Shown here one piece after another: positions 37,692 through 50,670 of a stretch of 64,000 bases of DNA. The DNA lies in the NCBI RefSeq assembly GCF_018350175.1, contig NC_058368.1:21392001-21456000 (forward strand), given 5' to 3'. Within the stretch, counting starts at the first letter, position 1, and each line of letters starts with the position of its first letter. Position numbers and translations under genes: made by a program. This DNA comes from Felis catus. Its lineage: Eukaryota. Under the pieces are notes generated by a model. It was not told the origin of the DNA and did no database searches. It was given only the letters and a program-made list of their open reading frames with translations.

Positions 37692-39112
37692 CCATGTTTT
37701 TAATATCTGCATAGCATTCCAACATAGGGATATATACCAAAATGTATTTATCCGTGCCCTCATTCTGAAGATTTTTTTTCCCAATTTCTGCAGTATTGTA
37801 AGGATATTTTAGAATCTATACTTGTCTCCTAGTACCCAAAATAAATACTATTATAGGCTTTCTCGTTTTATTCCTTTTGTGTGGAAAAAAAAAAATCACT
37901 CTGATTCCTTCTTCTTATCTATTCCAGCCTATATATGGCTTTCTGATAATATAAAAAAACTCCACTTTGGACAATGTTACAGAGCCTGTTCTTTCCCCTT
38001 TCTAAAACAGTATCATCCCTGAGTGAGGTCCATATTTCTGCAGCTCTCCTGCAGTAAAAGAATGAATTAAAGCCAATCCCGTGCCTGCATCAAGTCTGGA
38101 TGATGTATATTTTCGCTTTACCCATAGTTGAAATCCATGAGATTAAAGCCCCAACAGCAGACAAATAGGCAAATAAATATTCATTTCTGTTAGCTACACC
38201 AAAAATGTGATTTATGATTTAGTGTGTTAACTATGACAAAGGTAACTATGACTTTGGTGATATTGCCATGATTCTGAGCTTGCTATAATATTAATGGTTA
38301 CTACACTGAAACATTAGAACACAAATATACAATTAGGAGAAATAAAATTTAAAGTTGTAACTATTAAATTCAGTGAACAACTACACAATCTGCTATTTCG
38401 TTTTCTACTTTTTTTTTTTTTTTTTTTGCAATATGGTACATTATTTCAGATCTCACATTCTGCACTAGTGTTGGTACTTCTCCCCCCATGAGCAAAGGGA
38501 TCAGGTGACACACTGCTTTAAAATTACCCTAAAAAATGTTCTGAGTTAAACACCTTTTCAACTTAATAGTTTTTGTTCAAGAGAAGAGTGAAACTTCTGA
38601 TATGCGTCTTTGTGAACTGGTGCAACTTACATACCTTTTTTTAAAACTTCAAGTTACTTTTAATGATCTCTATAGAATGAATTTGGAATCCAAACCAATA
38701 CTCACATGAATGATTATTTCTACCAATAGCTATGGACATTACAGTCATCAATAGAATTTTAGTGACAGGATCTTTGAGGTTACACAATCCAACTCTCGTC
38801 TTACAAATGAGAAAAGTAAATCAGAAAAGTTTTTGTTACTCATAGCAGTAAGCTTGGAGTGGGTGGGGGTAGGCAGGGGATCCTAACACTTTCAGCCTAA
38901 TGCATACCAGAGGTATTTATTAGGTTATAAGAACACTATATAGTAACAGTTGAACAAATCTAAGAAAGAGATCTGATTTGTATCCTAAGTATACATTTTC
39001 CCTCATCATCAATCACGAATCGATGCTTGTGTGCAGTAAAATCCAAGAGAGAAGTTGTAGTTTGGCAGAACTAAGTATTGCATAACTCCTAGGGTGAAAA
39101 TTTATTTTATTT

Positions 39113-39113
<1 letters not shown>

Positions 39114-39158
<45 letters not shown>
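39114..39158 (+). repeat. (CA)n microsatellite
   Basis: Direct reading. Confidence 0.97.
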
Positions 39159-39161
<3 letters not shown>

Positions 39162-39294
39162 GGATATCCATATGTATATATACCTGTAGCTTCTTAATCC
39201 TGCTTCAGGAAATGCCATTTACATACATTACAATGTAAATAGTGCCCACCCGCTGGAGTCATGCATCACAGGGACACTGTAAATACAAGTTTTA

Positions 39295-39690
39295 TGTATT
39301 ACATTAATTAGGGTAGGCTAATTGCCATAACAGATCAACACCCAAATGTATAATGGCTCCAATTATATTTGCTAAAATAAACAAGTTTCTTGCTAAAACA
39401 GACAAGTAGTTCACTACTTAGTTTCCAAGGTTTTCCAGTAACTAGGCTTTCAGTACCAAACTTCCAAGGCCTCCTGGAGGGTCTTGTCGATGACAGTCTG
39501 TTAGAAGGCGAGTATTTTTAGGAGACTAAAAAGTAGTACACAGAACTGCTGTTCTTATTCCATTGGCTCTAACTTGGTCACATGCCTACACCCAACTGCA
39601 AGGGAAGCTGGGAACAAGTTTATCTTTGTGGCCAACAAGAAATGAGAACATGGATTTGGATGTCTAGGTAAGAGTTATTGCTCACTTGGG
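39295..39690 (-). mobile_element. Degenerate MaLR LTR (MLT1J/K-like)
   Basis: ttccattggctctaacttggtcacatgcctacacccaactgcaagggaagctgggaa, typical of MLT1. Confidence 0.65.
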
Positions 39691-39925
39691 TGCTCTCTCT
39701 CTCTGTGCACTCACACACCTCCACACACAAAATCTGAAGTAGACACTAAAAAATAAACACGTGATTAGCTTCAGACAGAACAAACCATGAAAGAAAGGGG
39801 CTTTAAGAATTGCATTCACCTCTACCCTTTCCCTCCTGCAGGTGGGATTGTTAATTACTGCCTAACAATAACCAACTGGCAGCTGAAATCTAAAACAGAG
39901 GGGAAAAACAAGTTTTTGCAATTAT

Positions 39926-40050
39926 TACATATATATATATGTATATATATACATATATATATATACATATATATACATATATATATACACACATACACAC
40001 ACATATACATACATACATACTTGCACCTATACATACCCATAGGTATATAT
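39926..40050 (+). repeat. (TA)n/(CATA)n compound microsatellite
   Basis: Direct reading. Confidence 0.95.
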
Positions 40051-41001
40051 TAGTTGGGGGTTAGCTTGGTTTTCCTATCCCATTAGTCAAATTTAGAACG
40101 AAGACTCATGTCTAATTACTTGTTTTAGGGACAAAAGACCACCAAGCTCCCCTTTAACTACACTATTAGTAAATAATGTTTGAAAAATATTTAACTTTTT
40201 ACACAACAAAGATAGCAATTCCACCGATGAAGGCAAAAGTAAGTTTAGTGAGTTTTTTTTCCTTTGGATAAGTTGTCATTGTAACCCTGAAACTGTTCTT
40301 AATCACTCAGTTTTTAATAGAAGCACTGCATGGCTGCATTTCTGAAATCATAAACAGGAAGTGTGATATATAAATGTCAGTAGAACTAAAACTCAGTTCT
40401 TTGGTTTGGTATTTTTCTTCCCCCCATATTTTCATGTTAATGTCTGATTAACCCTCTTTTACAGAGGAGGAAATGGGAATGACGCAGAAACTGCTACTGC
40501 ATCCTTAGAAATTGTTTTGTATAGGTTGCCCAAATTTATTATTGCCAGAAGACAGTGTAGATGGAGAAAGAGGCCAGAGAGTATATGACTCTTAATTTAA
40601 CTCTTTAAAAATCCATTATAGAAAATACTCTTACACTTTGTACATTTGTTTAAGGTATCTCATTTTGTTTTTTTAATTTATTTAAATTAAGTTAGTTAGC
40701 ATACAGTGTAGTATTGGTTTCAGGAGTAGAACCCAGTGATTCATCACTTCACTTTCCACATTCTTATTCTGACCTCAGCAATTCCTTGAATGTGTTCTAC
40801 TACATTAATTCCTTCATGAGACAACTAAGGAGTAGCTTGAGTACTGCAAAAATCAGGATGTTATCTCTGGTTCTTCTCAGTGAAGACATTAGGGGTCTTT
40901 CTATGGTTGGTGATATTTTCTACATAATACTGTTTCAGTTTCTTTGTTGCATGGACATCTCTGGAAATTACAAGAAAAGATTCAAATTGACCAGCCAGAA
41001 C

Positions 41002-41208
41002 TTTTTTTTTTTAAGTTTATTTATTTGAGAGAGACAGAGAAAGAATGCAAGTAGGGGATGGGCGGCGGGGGGGAGGGGGGGACAGAGAATCCAAAGCAGG
41101 CTCTGTGCTGACAGCAGCAAGCCCAATGCGGGGCTCGAACTCATGAACCATGAGATCATGACCTGAGCTGAAGTCAGATGCTTAACCGACTAAGCCACCC
41201 AGGTGTCC
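41002..41208 (-). mobile_element. Can-SINE
   Basis: Reverse SINE with TSD tgaccagc.agaactttt. Confidence 0.93.
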
Positions 41209-41799
41209 TGACCAGCTAGAACTTTTATATTACATTAAATATTTCTGGAGAAATGTACCAACATGTAGATTCTTCCGTAACTTTAAAATGTTTTTGCTTT
41301 GGAAACAGTTTCTTAATTTGTTCTTAAACTAAGCACTGAAGGAATGATTTTACTCAAGGTCACACAATATATAGTGAAATAGCAAAAAACAGAACTTATC
41401 TATGTATCTAAACTCCCTTTCAAGGATGATCACAATGATCTAGAGAATGTTCTCCTTTTACGGAGGTAGCCGGCCCACCTATCGAGTGTCTTGCTTTCTA
41501 CAGCACATGAGGCACTGTCGAGCAGCATATCCGATATGTAAAATTTGATATATTTTAATTGAAAATATAACATAGGTAAAAAGGATGTGGGAGTGTTTGA
41601 AAAGAAACATAGTAAGTATATGAATCAAATGCAAACTATAAATAATTGCTAAGGGGATATGGAAAATGAAGTGATTTAAAAACTAGATTGATAATGGATA
41701 GAAGTTTACTGGAATAGGCAAATTTCATGTAGAGTTTTTAAAGCTGTAGTGGATTTGGATTGCCAGAGAGAAAAGATAACCAACCATTGATTCATTCAT

Positions 41800-42381
41800 C
41801 CAACACGTATTGAGTGCTGTGTGCTACGTGCTAGGTACTGTTGAAGGCACTAGAGATAGAGCAGTCCGCAGAACTACTGCAGGGCAGGCCCAGCAACTGC
41901 ATGTCCAAGGCGTGACAACTGAATAGGAACAGTCGACACAAATATGAGAGTAGAGAGAAATGAAAGAGAAAGGAAAAGACCTAGTAATGGGCTTATAGTA
42001 GAAGGCCTTAGATGCTAGGATGTTTTCTAAATGGGAGAAAGATGTTTGGTATGAATTGAACTCCTTTGGTCAGTGTAGTCAGAATAGACTGCTTTTTTTC
42101 CCTTCTGCTGGTCAGCTCTCCTAGCTTCCTAGATAACTTTATACTGACCAGACTAACACAAACAAAATAAATACTGCACCTAGAAAGATTCCCAACTGAA
42201 CAATGTGAAAAGCAAAAAGGGAAAGAAAGCAAAAAGTTGAATTTCATATCTCCTTTTATCTTTCCAGTGGTTATTATATATAATGTCTCTTCCTAGCAAC
42301 ACTCTCCCATTCAGTAGATGTCTAGGTTGTGATTCAATTCCTGAAGGCTCTGTTCTTCTCCTTTCCTTGTAGGTGGAATCA
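41800..42381 (-). ncRNA. DLEU1: Ortholog of DLEU1 lncRNA exon 2 (3' boundary uncertain)
   Basis: The - strand reads ctcctttcag|TGATTCCACCTACAAGGAAAGGAGAAGAACAGAGCCTTCAGGAATTGAATCACAAC...ATGGGAGAGTGTTGC...GAAAGATAAAAGGAGA. This matches recalled human DLEU1 exon 2 (TGATTCTACCAGAAAGGAATGAAGAACAGAACCTTCAGGAATTGAGTCACAAT...ATGGGAGATTGTTGC) from the same splice acceptor. Confidence 0.85.
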
Positions 42382-43213
42382 CTGAAAGGAGATTCTATTT
42401 AAATTCCTTTTTTTTAGTCAATCAGGTGTTCTTTATTCACCTAGCAATACTTCTCTACAGAGTTTGTATATGCTAGTGGGAAAAGGGGTAAGACAGGATG
42501 GGGACTAGGGAAAATACCAACAGGCTGTAATGCAATACAAGCAAGGCAATGTAATGCAATGCAGTATAATACAAGAGCCTAGAACACAAACTAGACACTT
42601 AAGAGCTTTGGATTAAATGGGCAGTTTTAAAAATGAAAAGATACAGGTCTGAAGTATATAATAAAGAAGCAACTATAAGAAGTAACAAATTCAACACTTG
42701 TTTACCTACAGGAGGATAAGAAAATAAAGAAATGAACATAAGATTTTAAGTTTGAAGGTCCAAAAATTTGTGTTGTCAACAAGAATAACTAAGAAATTTG
42801 GAAGAAATAGCTTGAAGGGAAAAAAATGAACTTAATGTCAGATCTAAATGGGATGTCACCAGAAGACAGAGGACTCAAGCTTTCTTGAGCAGCTGTTGGG
42901 CCTGTTACTGTACATGTGTAAGTCATCATCATATAGAAATTGATGGAAACTCAATGGACTAATGAGGAAATGCAGTGAAGAAGATCAAATGGCTATGTAT
43001 GAACTTTGACTCTAAGATGAGGTATCAATTTCAAAGCAATTTCAAAGAAGGTGATCTATCTTTGGAACTCTTTCCTTCAGGTCAGATAAAGCTGTCCTTT
43101 ATTAAATATCGACTCTTCATTTTGACTGACCCTTTAGTGAGGGAGTATAATAAAATGAATGAATAAAATTGAAAGATTTATTCTTACCGGATTATCTCAT
43201 TGGAAGTTCTGCA

Positions 43214-44147
43214 TTTTTTTAAAGTTTATTTTTTGAGAGAGTGGGAGCAGGGGAGAGGCAGAGAGAGAGAAGGGGGCAAAGGATCTGAGGCAGGCTCCGC
43301 GCTCACAGCAGAGAGCACGATATGGGGCTTGAACTCATGAACCTTGAGATCATGACCTGAGCCAACTGAGCCACCCAGGCGACCCTGGAAGTTATGAATT
43401 TTTAACTGAATGTCCTCCTAGCCAACTTATACACATTGTGTGCCTTAAGATAAAACAAACAAAATAAGTATCTGCAACTTTTGACTGTGTACCTTTGTAT
43501 AAAGGCCATGGCTTCAAAAAATATAGAATATAAAATATACATTAGCACAAGTCATTCAAACTATTTAAAAGTTAAATTTGGAGTTTTAAAAATATTTTTT
43601 TAATGTTTGTTTATTTTTGAGGGAGAGAGAGAAGACAGAGTGCGAGCAGGGGAGGGACAGAAAGAGAGGGAGAAACAGAATCCAAAGCAGGCTCCAAGCT
43701 CTGAGCTGTCAGCACAGAGACTGACACGGGGCTCAAACTCACAAACTGGGAGATCATGACCTGAGCCAAAGTTGGACATGTAACCGACTGAGTTACCCAG
43801 GTACCCCTGGAGTTTGTTTTACGTAAAACTGTCAGGGTCAACGTGAATTTCCATTTCCAAAGCAAATCTTGGCTATGGAACCACGTGAATAGAAACTCAC
43901 CTTTAAAGAAGGTTCAATTTTATTTATTTATTTTTTTAAATATTTTTATTTATTTTTGAGACAGAGACAGAGCATGAGCAGGGGAGGGGCAGAGAGAGAG
44001 AGAGAGAGAGAGACACAGAATCCAAAGCAGGCTCCAGGCTCTGAGCTGTCAGCCCAGAGCCCGACGCGGGGCTCAAACTCACGGACCGCGAGATCGTGAC
44101 CTGAGCCGAAGTCGGCCGCCCAACCAACTGAGCCACCCAGGTGCCCC
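43214..44147 (-). mobile_element. Three Can-SINEs (43214-43385, ~43587-43807, ~43918-44147)
   Basis: Each ends in a gagccacccagg(t/c)gcccc-like head and has a TSD (ggaagtt.tg.attttt; tggagttt; aaga.ggttcaatttt). Confidence 0.93.
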
Positions 44148-44359
44148 AAGAGGGTTCAATTTTAGAATGTGCTAGGCTACATGTTTCTTTAAATAGGAAA
44201 GGATCAGGTTCAATATACCCTGAACTCAGGGTTTTTGTAATCTATTTGATATATTTTCTGTACACAGGAGATTATATCATAAAATAATTTCATCATTTAA
44301 TAATTATCTAATCAGATATGGCTTTGGATTCCTATATTTATATAGAAGTACCTTCATAG

Positions 44360-45895
44360 TAGCTAACAGTAGAACATTTATTAGAGTACTTTCTGTATGT
44401 TGGATACTGTGTTATGTGCTCACATATTTATTATCTCATTTAACACACAAAAACTCAATGAGGTATTACCCATCTCACAGATGGGCAAAACTGAGGCCCA
44501 AGTTAAATTATATCTTCAAGGTAACCTAGATAGTAAGTAGGCAGAACGAGGATTTGAGTTCAGATCTGATTCCAATGCCACTTTTCTTAACTAATACCAT
44601 ACTGACTCCAAAATTCACCTAAAAAAAATTTTTATTGTAAAAGTTTTATGCCTTTTGAATTCTGTTCAGTATAATGGAATACTTTATTTAGCAATTTACA
44701 AATGTTCCTGCATTCTTGCTTACTCTCATGACTTTAACCAAGAAAGTTTCGTTGGGGGCCACTTGACCACATATCAAACCATATCTCCCACTCTAGTAAC
44801 CATAATCTAAAACACACACTCACTCATTCACAGGAAAAGGAAGATATCATGGAAAAGTAAAAGAAATTCCTCCAGTTCAATTTTAGGGATATAAGAACAC
44901 ATCATCTGTTTAATTCTACTTATAGAAGTGCATAGACAAGTTACTGGCTTTAATATTAGCCTGAAAAGATCCTTCAAAGTCACACATTCAATCTCTTAGT
45001 TTCAAGAGAAACAGTTACTATGAATATCGAAAATGGAATTGTCAAGACAAAGCAACAATAAAAATTTTTGAGCTCTTACTTGCTTATTGATGCTATATAG
45101 AGATAGAGATAGAAATAGAGATAGAAATAGATATTCTAATCTATAGTCAACAAACATGCCAGACAACACATTGAGTGGTAAAAGGGGTATGGGAGAAGTG
45201 GATCACATAGTCTGAGTTATCACTAGGATTATAGCATCAGGCCTGCTATTTAACCACAAATCTAAGTGCAAGCAATCTAGTATCGAAGAGTATATAATTT
45301 TGGAATAAAACAAATTTGAGTTTAAATCTTGACATTACTTACAAATTCTGCGACCCTGGAAAATTTACTGCCTTTGTGAGTCACAGTTCTCTCATTTTGT
45401 AAACTGGAACTAAAACGCTGTACCCTTATCGATGTCATGAAGATCTATTAAAATAAGACTTCCCAGGTTCAAATTTCAGCTCCCTCACTCAGAAGTTTTG
45501 TGACTTAATGCCTCCTTTTCCTCATCTATAAAATGAGGATAATAATAGTCCCTATACCCCAAAGGGTTGTGAGGATTTAACACCTTAATATATTTAATTT
45601 TTTTTTTTTATTTGAGAGAGAGAGGGAGAGCACAGGAATGGGGGAAAGGGGCAGAGGGAGAGAGAATCTTAAGCAGGCCCGAAGCCCAATGCAAGGCTTG
45701 ATCTACAACCCTGGGATCATGATCTGAGACGAAATCATGAGTAAGTGGCTCAACCAACTGAGCCATCCAAGTGGCCTCAACATCTTAATGTATTTAAAGT
45801 GTACACAGAAAATGATATATTTATGTATACTGTAATTCTTATTTAAAGCACCTACCTAGTACTTGCCCCTTAGTATGTTTCTAATAAATGTTAAT
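44360..45895. mobile_element. MIR relics plus a Can-SINE (-, ~45598-45777)
   Basis: MIR cores (cccatctcacagatgggcaaaactgaggc; tttcctcatctataaaatgaggataataatag) and a reverse SINE. Confidence 0.75.
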
Positions 45896-46869
45896 TCCCT
45901 TTTATATTTCAATTGAAGTTATTTTCCCTTATTTTATAGATATATTTTTAAATGTATTAAGCTTAATAAAACTTTACTAAGGTAGAACTGATATTCAATA
46001 AACTGCACCTACTTAAGGCGTACAACTAATAACTTTTAACATGCATACAATTGATAACTATACAACTGCTAAGTTTTAACATCTATACCCCTGTGAAACC
46101 GTCACCAGAATAAGAGTGAACATATCCATCAACCCTGAGAATTTCCCCTGCCTTTTTAAAATCCCTCTCTCCTAGCACCTCTCTCCCCAAGCAACCACTG
46201 GGCCGTCTCCCTTTTGTCCTAATAGATTAGTTTGCATTTTCTAGAATTTTATATTTTCTGCCTTTCATCACTTAGAATATCGTTTTCAGATTCATCCACG
46301 TTGTTGTATATAACAATACTTCATTACCTTTTAATGCTGAGTATTACATTGTAAGAATATATCACAATTTATCCGTTAATAGACATTTGACTTGTTTCAA
46401 ATTAGAGATCGTTAAAAATAAAGCAACTATGAATATTCATATACAGATGTCTATAGGAACATATGCTTTATTTTCTTGGGGAAATACCTACAATGAAATG
46501 GGTCATATATTGGTATATGTTTAACTTTTCAAGAAACTGCCAAACTGTTTCAAACTGATTATATCCTTTTACATCCCTATTAGAGGAGTATATCAAAGTT
46601 CTAATTCCTCCATATCCTTAACAACACTTTTCATTTTAGCTGTTCTAATAGATATGTATACATTTTTTATATATGGATATCCAGTTTCTCCATCATGGTT
46701 TTTATTCTGTTTCCCCAAGACTAATGAGGTTAATAAAGTTGGAACATCTTTTCATGTACCTATTTGCTATCTGGGTATCTGCTTGGTGAAGTTACTGTCC
46801 AAGTCCTTTGCCCATTTTTTGAGACTTGTTTTCTCATTGTTGAGTTTTGAGAGTTTGAGAGTTTCTTTC

Positions 46870-47649
46870 ATTTAAAAAAATTTTTTTTAATGTTTTTATT
46901 TATTTTTGAGAGAGAGCAAGACAAAGTGTGAGCAGGGAAGAGGCAGAGAGAGAGGGAAACACAGAATCCAAAGCAGGCTCCAGGCTCTGAGCTGTCAGCA
47001 CAGACCCTGATGCGGGGCTCGAACTCACAGACCATGAGATCATGACCTGAGCCCCAGTCAGGCACTCAACCGACTGAGCCACCCAGGCACCCCTATCTTT
47101 ATTTTTTAAGTGATATTTATGCCCAACATGGGGCTTGAACTCATGACCCCGAGATTAAGAGTCAAATACTCTACAACTGAACCAACCAGGAACCCTGAGA
47201 GTTTGTTACATTCTTGATACAAATTCTTTATTACATGTTTTGCAACTATTTCTCTCAGGCTGGGGCTTGTCTTCTTTAGCAGTATATTTTAAAGAACAGA
47301 AGTTTGTAAAAATTGACTAAGTCCAATCTCTCAATTTGTTCATTCATAGATTGTGACTTTTATTGTCACATCTAAAAAATCTTTGTCTAACTCAGAGTCA
47401 CAAAAATTTTCTTACGCTTTCTTCCAGAAATTAAAATAAAATTTTGTTTAAGTTTATTTAATTTTGAGAGACAGAGAGAGACAGAGCAAGCAGGGGAGGG
47501 GCAAAGAGAGAGGGAGACACAGAATCCAAAGCAGGCTCCAGGCCCTGAGTTGTCAGCACAGAGCCCGACGTGCGGCTCCAACTCATGAGCTGTGAGATCA
47601 TGATCTGAGCCAAAGTTGGACGCTCAACCAACTGAGCCACCCAGGCCCT
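46870..47649 (-). mobile_element. Can-SINEs within the L1 (~46870-47093, 47094-47195 short type, ~47440-47649)
   Basis: Reverse SINE bodies and heads. Confidence 0.92.
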
Positions 47650-49902
47650 CATCTTCCAGAAATTTAACAGTAATTTTAAGCTTTATATTTAGGTCTGTGA
47701 TCAATTTGGGATAAATTTATACAAGGTTTGAGATGTAAATCAAAGTTCCTATTTTTATATATGGATATCCAGTTCTTCTAAGCACAATTTGTTAAAAACA
47801 AACTATTCTTTATTCATTGTATTACCTTTGCACTTTGTCAAAAACCTGTTGTCCTTATATATGTGGGTCTATTTCTGGACTCTACATTCTGTTACATTAA
47901 TCCATTTGTCTATTTGTCTATTAATACCACTCTGTTTTGATTACTGTAGATATTTAATAAGTCTTAAAATCAGGTAGTGTCAGTCCTCCAACTTTGTCCT
48001 TGTTATCAAAGTTAACTGGGCTATTCTACATCTTTGCATTTCTATATGAATTTTAGAATCAGTTTGTAAGTTTCTTTCTTCCTTCCTTCCTTCCTTTCTT
48101 TCAACCTACTGGGATTTTGATTTGGATAGTGTTGAACCTACATATCAATTTAAGGAGAGCTGACGTGTTAATGATATGAACCCACTGAGCCAGGAAAATC
48201 TGTCCAATTGTTTAAGTTGTCTTTACTTTCTCTAACCATATTTGCAGTCTTTAGTGTATAGGTCCTTTGTGCCTTTTATCAGATTTATTCCTAAGTATTT
48301 CATATTTTTTATGCTATTGTAAAGGCTATATATTTTTTGTATTTCCATTTTGTTTGTTGCTAGAATGTAGAAATACAAATTATTATATATTTATCTTGTA
48401 TCCTGCAATTTTGCTACATTCACCTATTAGTTCTAGTAAGTTTTGTAGATTCCACCAAGTGGAACAGATGGATGATTATGTCAGTTTTATTTCTTCCTTT
48501 CCAATACGAATGTTTTTTTTCTTTTCTTGCCTGATTGCATGGTAGAACCTCCAATGTTGAATAAAAGTGGTAAGAACAGACATTACTCTGTTGTCCTGAA
48601 GTTACGGGAAAAGCATGCAGTCTTTCACCGATAGGCATGAGATTATCTGTAGGTTTTATGTAAATGCACTTTATGTGGTTGAAGAAGTACCCTTGCATTC
48701 TAAGTTTGCTGAGTTTTTAAATTGGGAATGAATATTGGATTTTGTCAGATGTTTTTTCTGCACCTATTGAGATGATCAGCTTTTCTTTTTTAGATTAATG
48801 TGGTGAGTTATCATGATTGATTTTTGAATGTTAAACCAATCTTATACTCTTGGAATAAATCCCACCCAATTAAAATATTATCCTTTTTATATATTGTTGG
48901 ATTTAATAAAATTTTGTCTAGAATTTTTTACACCTGTGTTCATGAGGGAAATTGTCCAGAGTTTTCTTTTCTTGTAATGTCTTTGTGTGGCTTGGGTATC
49001 AGGGTAATTCTGGCCTCCAGAATAAGCCTGAAAACATTCCTTTCTCTTTACTTTTGTGAAAGAGCTTACAGCGATTGGTTGTTTGTTTGTTTTTTTTTCT
49101 CTAAATATTGTAAGGATTCACTAGTAAAATCCTATGGACCAGAATTTTTCTTACAGGAATGTTTTAAACTAAAAGTTCAATTTTGGGGAAATAAATATAT
49201 AACCATTCGGGTTATATATTTCTTCTTGAGTCAGCTTTGGTAGTTTATGTCTTTCAGGGAATTTGGCCATTTCATCTAACTTGTTAAATTTTTTCTTTTT
49301 TTTTTGCCTAAAGTTGTTCATAATATTCCTTTATTATCCTCTAAATATCTGTAGAATTTGTAATGATTCTCTCATTTCTGACATTGGTATTCCTGATAAG
49401 TGTCTTCTCTTTTTTTTTTCCCCAACCAGTCTAGCCAAAGGTTTATCAATTTTACTGATCTCAAACAACCAGGCTTTGATTCCTTAGATATTCTCAATTA
49501 ATCTTTGTTTTCTATTTCATTAATTTCCACCTTCATCTTTATTATTTCATTTCTTTGGCTTCTCTGTGTTTGATTTGTTCTTTTCTAGTTTCTTACGGTG
49601 GAAGTTAGGTCGTTGCTTTGAGATTTTTTTGTATTTTTTAATGTAGGCAGTTCATTGGTATAAATTAAGATACATTGTATTTTTATTTTCATTCAGGTCA
49701 AAATACTTTCTAATTTCACCTTGGATTTCTTCTTTAATCAGTGGGTTACCCAGAAGCATGTGATTTACTTTCCAAATATTTGGGGATTTTCCAGTTAGCT
49801 TTCTGCTATTGATTTCTAATTTAATTCCATTGTGGTGAAAGGACATAGTTTGCATGACTTAAATCCTCTAAAATATATTGACACATATTTTATGGTCTAA
49901 AA

Positions 49903-50096
49903 CAGAGACTGGCAAACTTTTTCTATAAAGGATCAGACAGTAAATAGTTTAAGCTTTATGGGTCACACACAGTCTCTTCTGTTACATATTTTTTCTTTTT
50001 TAAGAAACCTTTCAAAATGTGAAAACCATTCTTAGTTCATAGGCCATATAAAACCAAGCTAGATTTGGTCCCATAGTCATACTTTGCTAACCCCTA
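49903..50096. mobile_element. MER58-like hAT-Charlie element inserted in the L1
   Basis: cagagactggcaaactttttctataaaggatcagacagtaaata...tttgctaacccct, imperfect TIRs. Confidence 0.75.
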
Positions 50097-50670
50097 ACCA
50101 AGAATATGGTCTCTTTGGGTAAATGCTTCATGTACTCTTTCTGAAGAGAACGTGTATTCTTCTGTTTGTGGAATGTTCTAGTGTTGAGTTTACTATGTCC
50201 TTGCTATGTTTCAACTTGTCCTAGCAACTATTTAAGAGGATTATTATTTAATAATAATAATTTAATTATTATGGAATTATTTAATTATTGAAGCAATTAT
50301 TAAAATCTCTGGCTATAATTATAGATTTGTCTGTTTCTGCTTACAGTTCTATCAGTTTTTGCTTCACATATTTTGGGCCTTTTATCATTTGGGGCATAAA
50401 CATTTAGGATTATCACATCCTCCTAATTAACTGACTTCTTTATTGTTATGAAATGACTTTCTTTACCCCGGTTATACCCTTTGCTCTGAAATCTTACTTT
50501 GTTTTTACTATGTTAATACAGCTCCACCAGTTTCTTTTGACTAATGTGAGCATCAGCATGGTATATCTTTTACCATCCTTTCATTCTTAACATTTTTGTA
50601 TCTCTATATATAAAGTGTGCTGGGTCTTTCTTGCTATCCAACCTGACAGTCTGTACTCTTTGATTGGGAT

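Noticed and set aside
40465..40654. Possible + strand exon after ctcttttacag|
   Set aside because: The acceptor is plausible but the only donor I noticed (AAG|GTATCT) is weak
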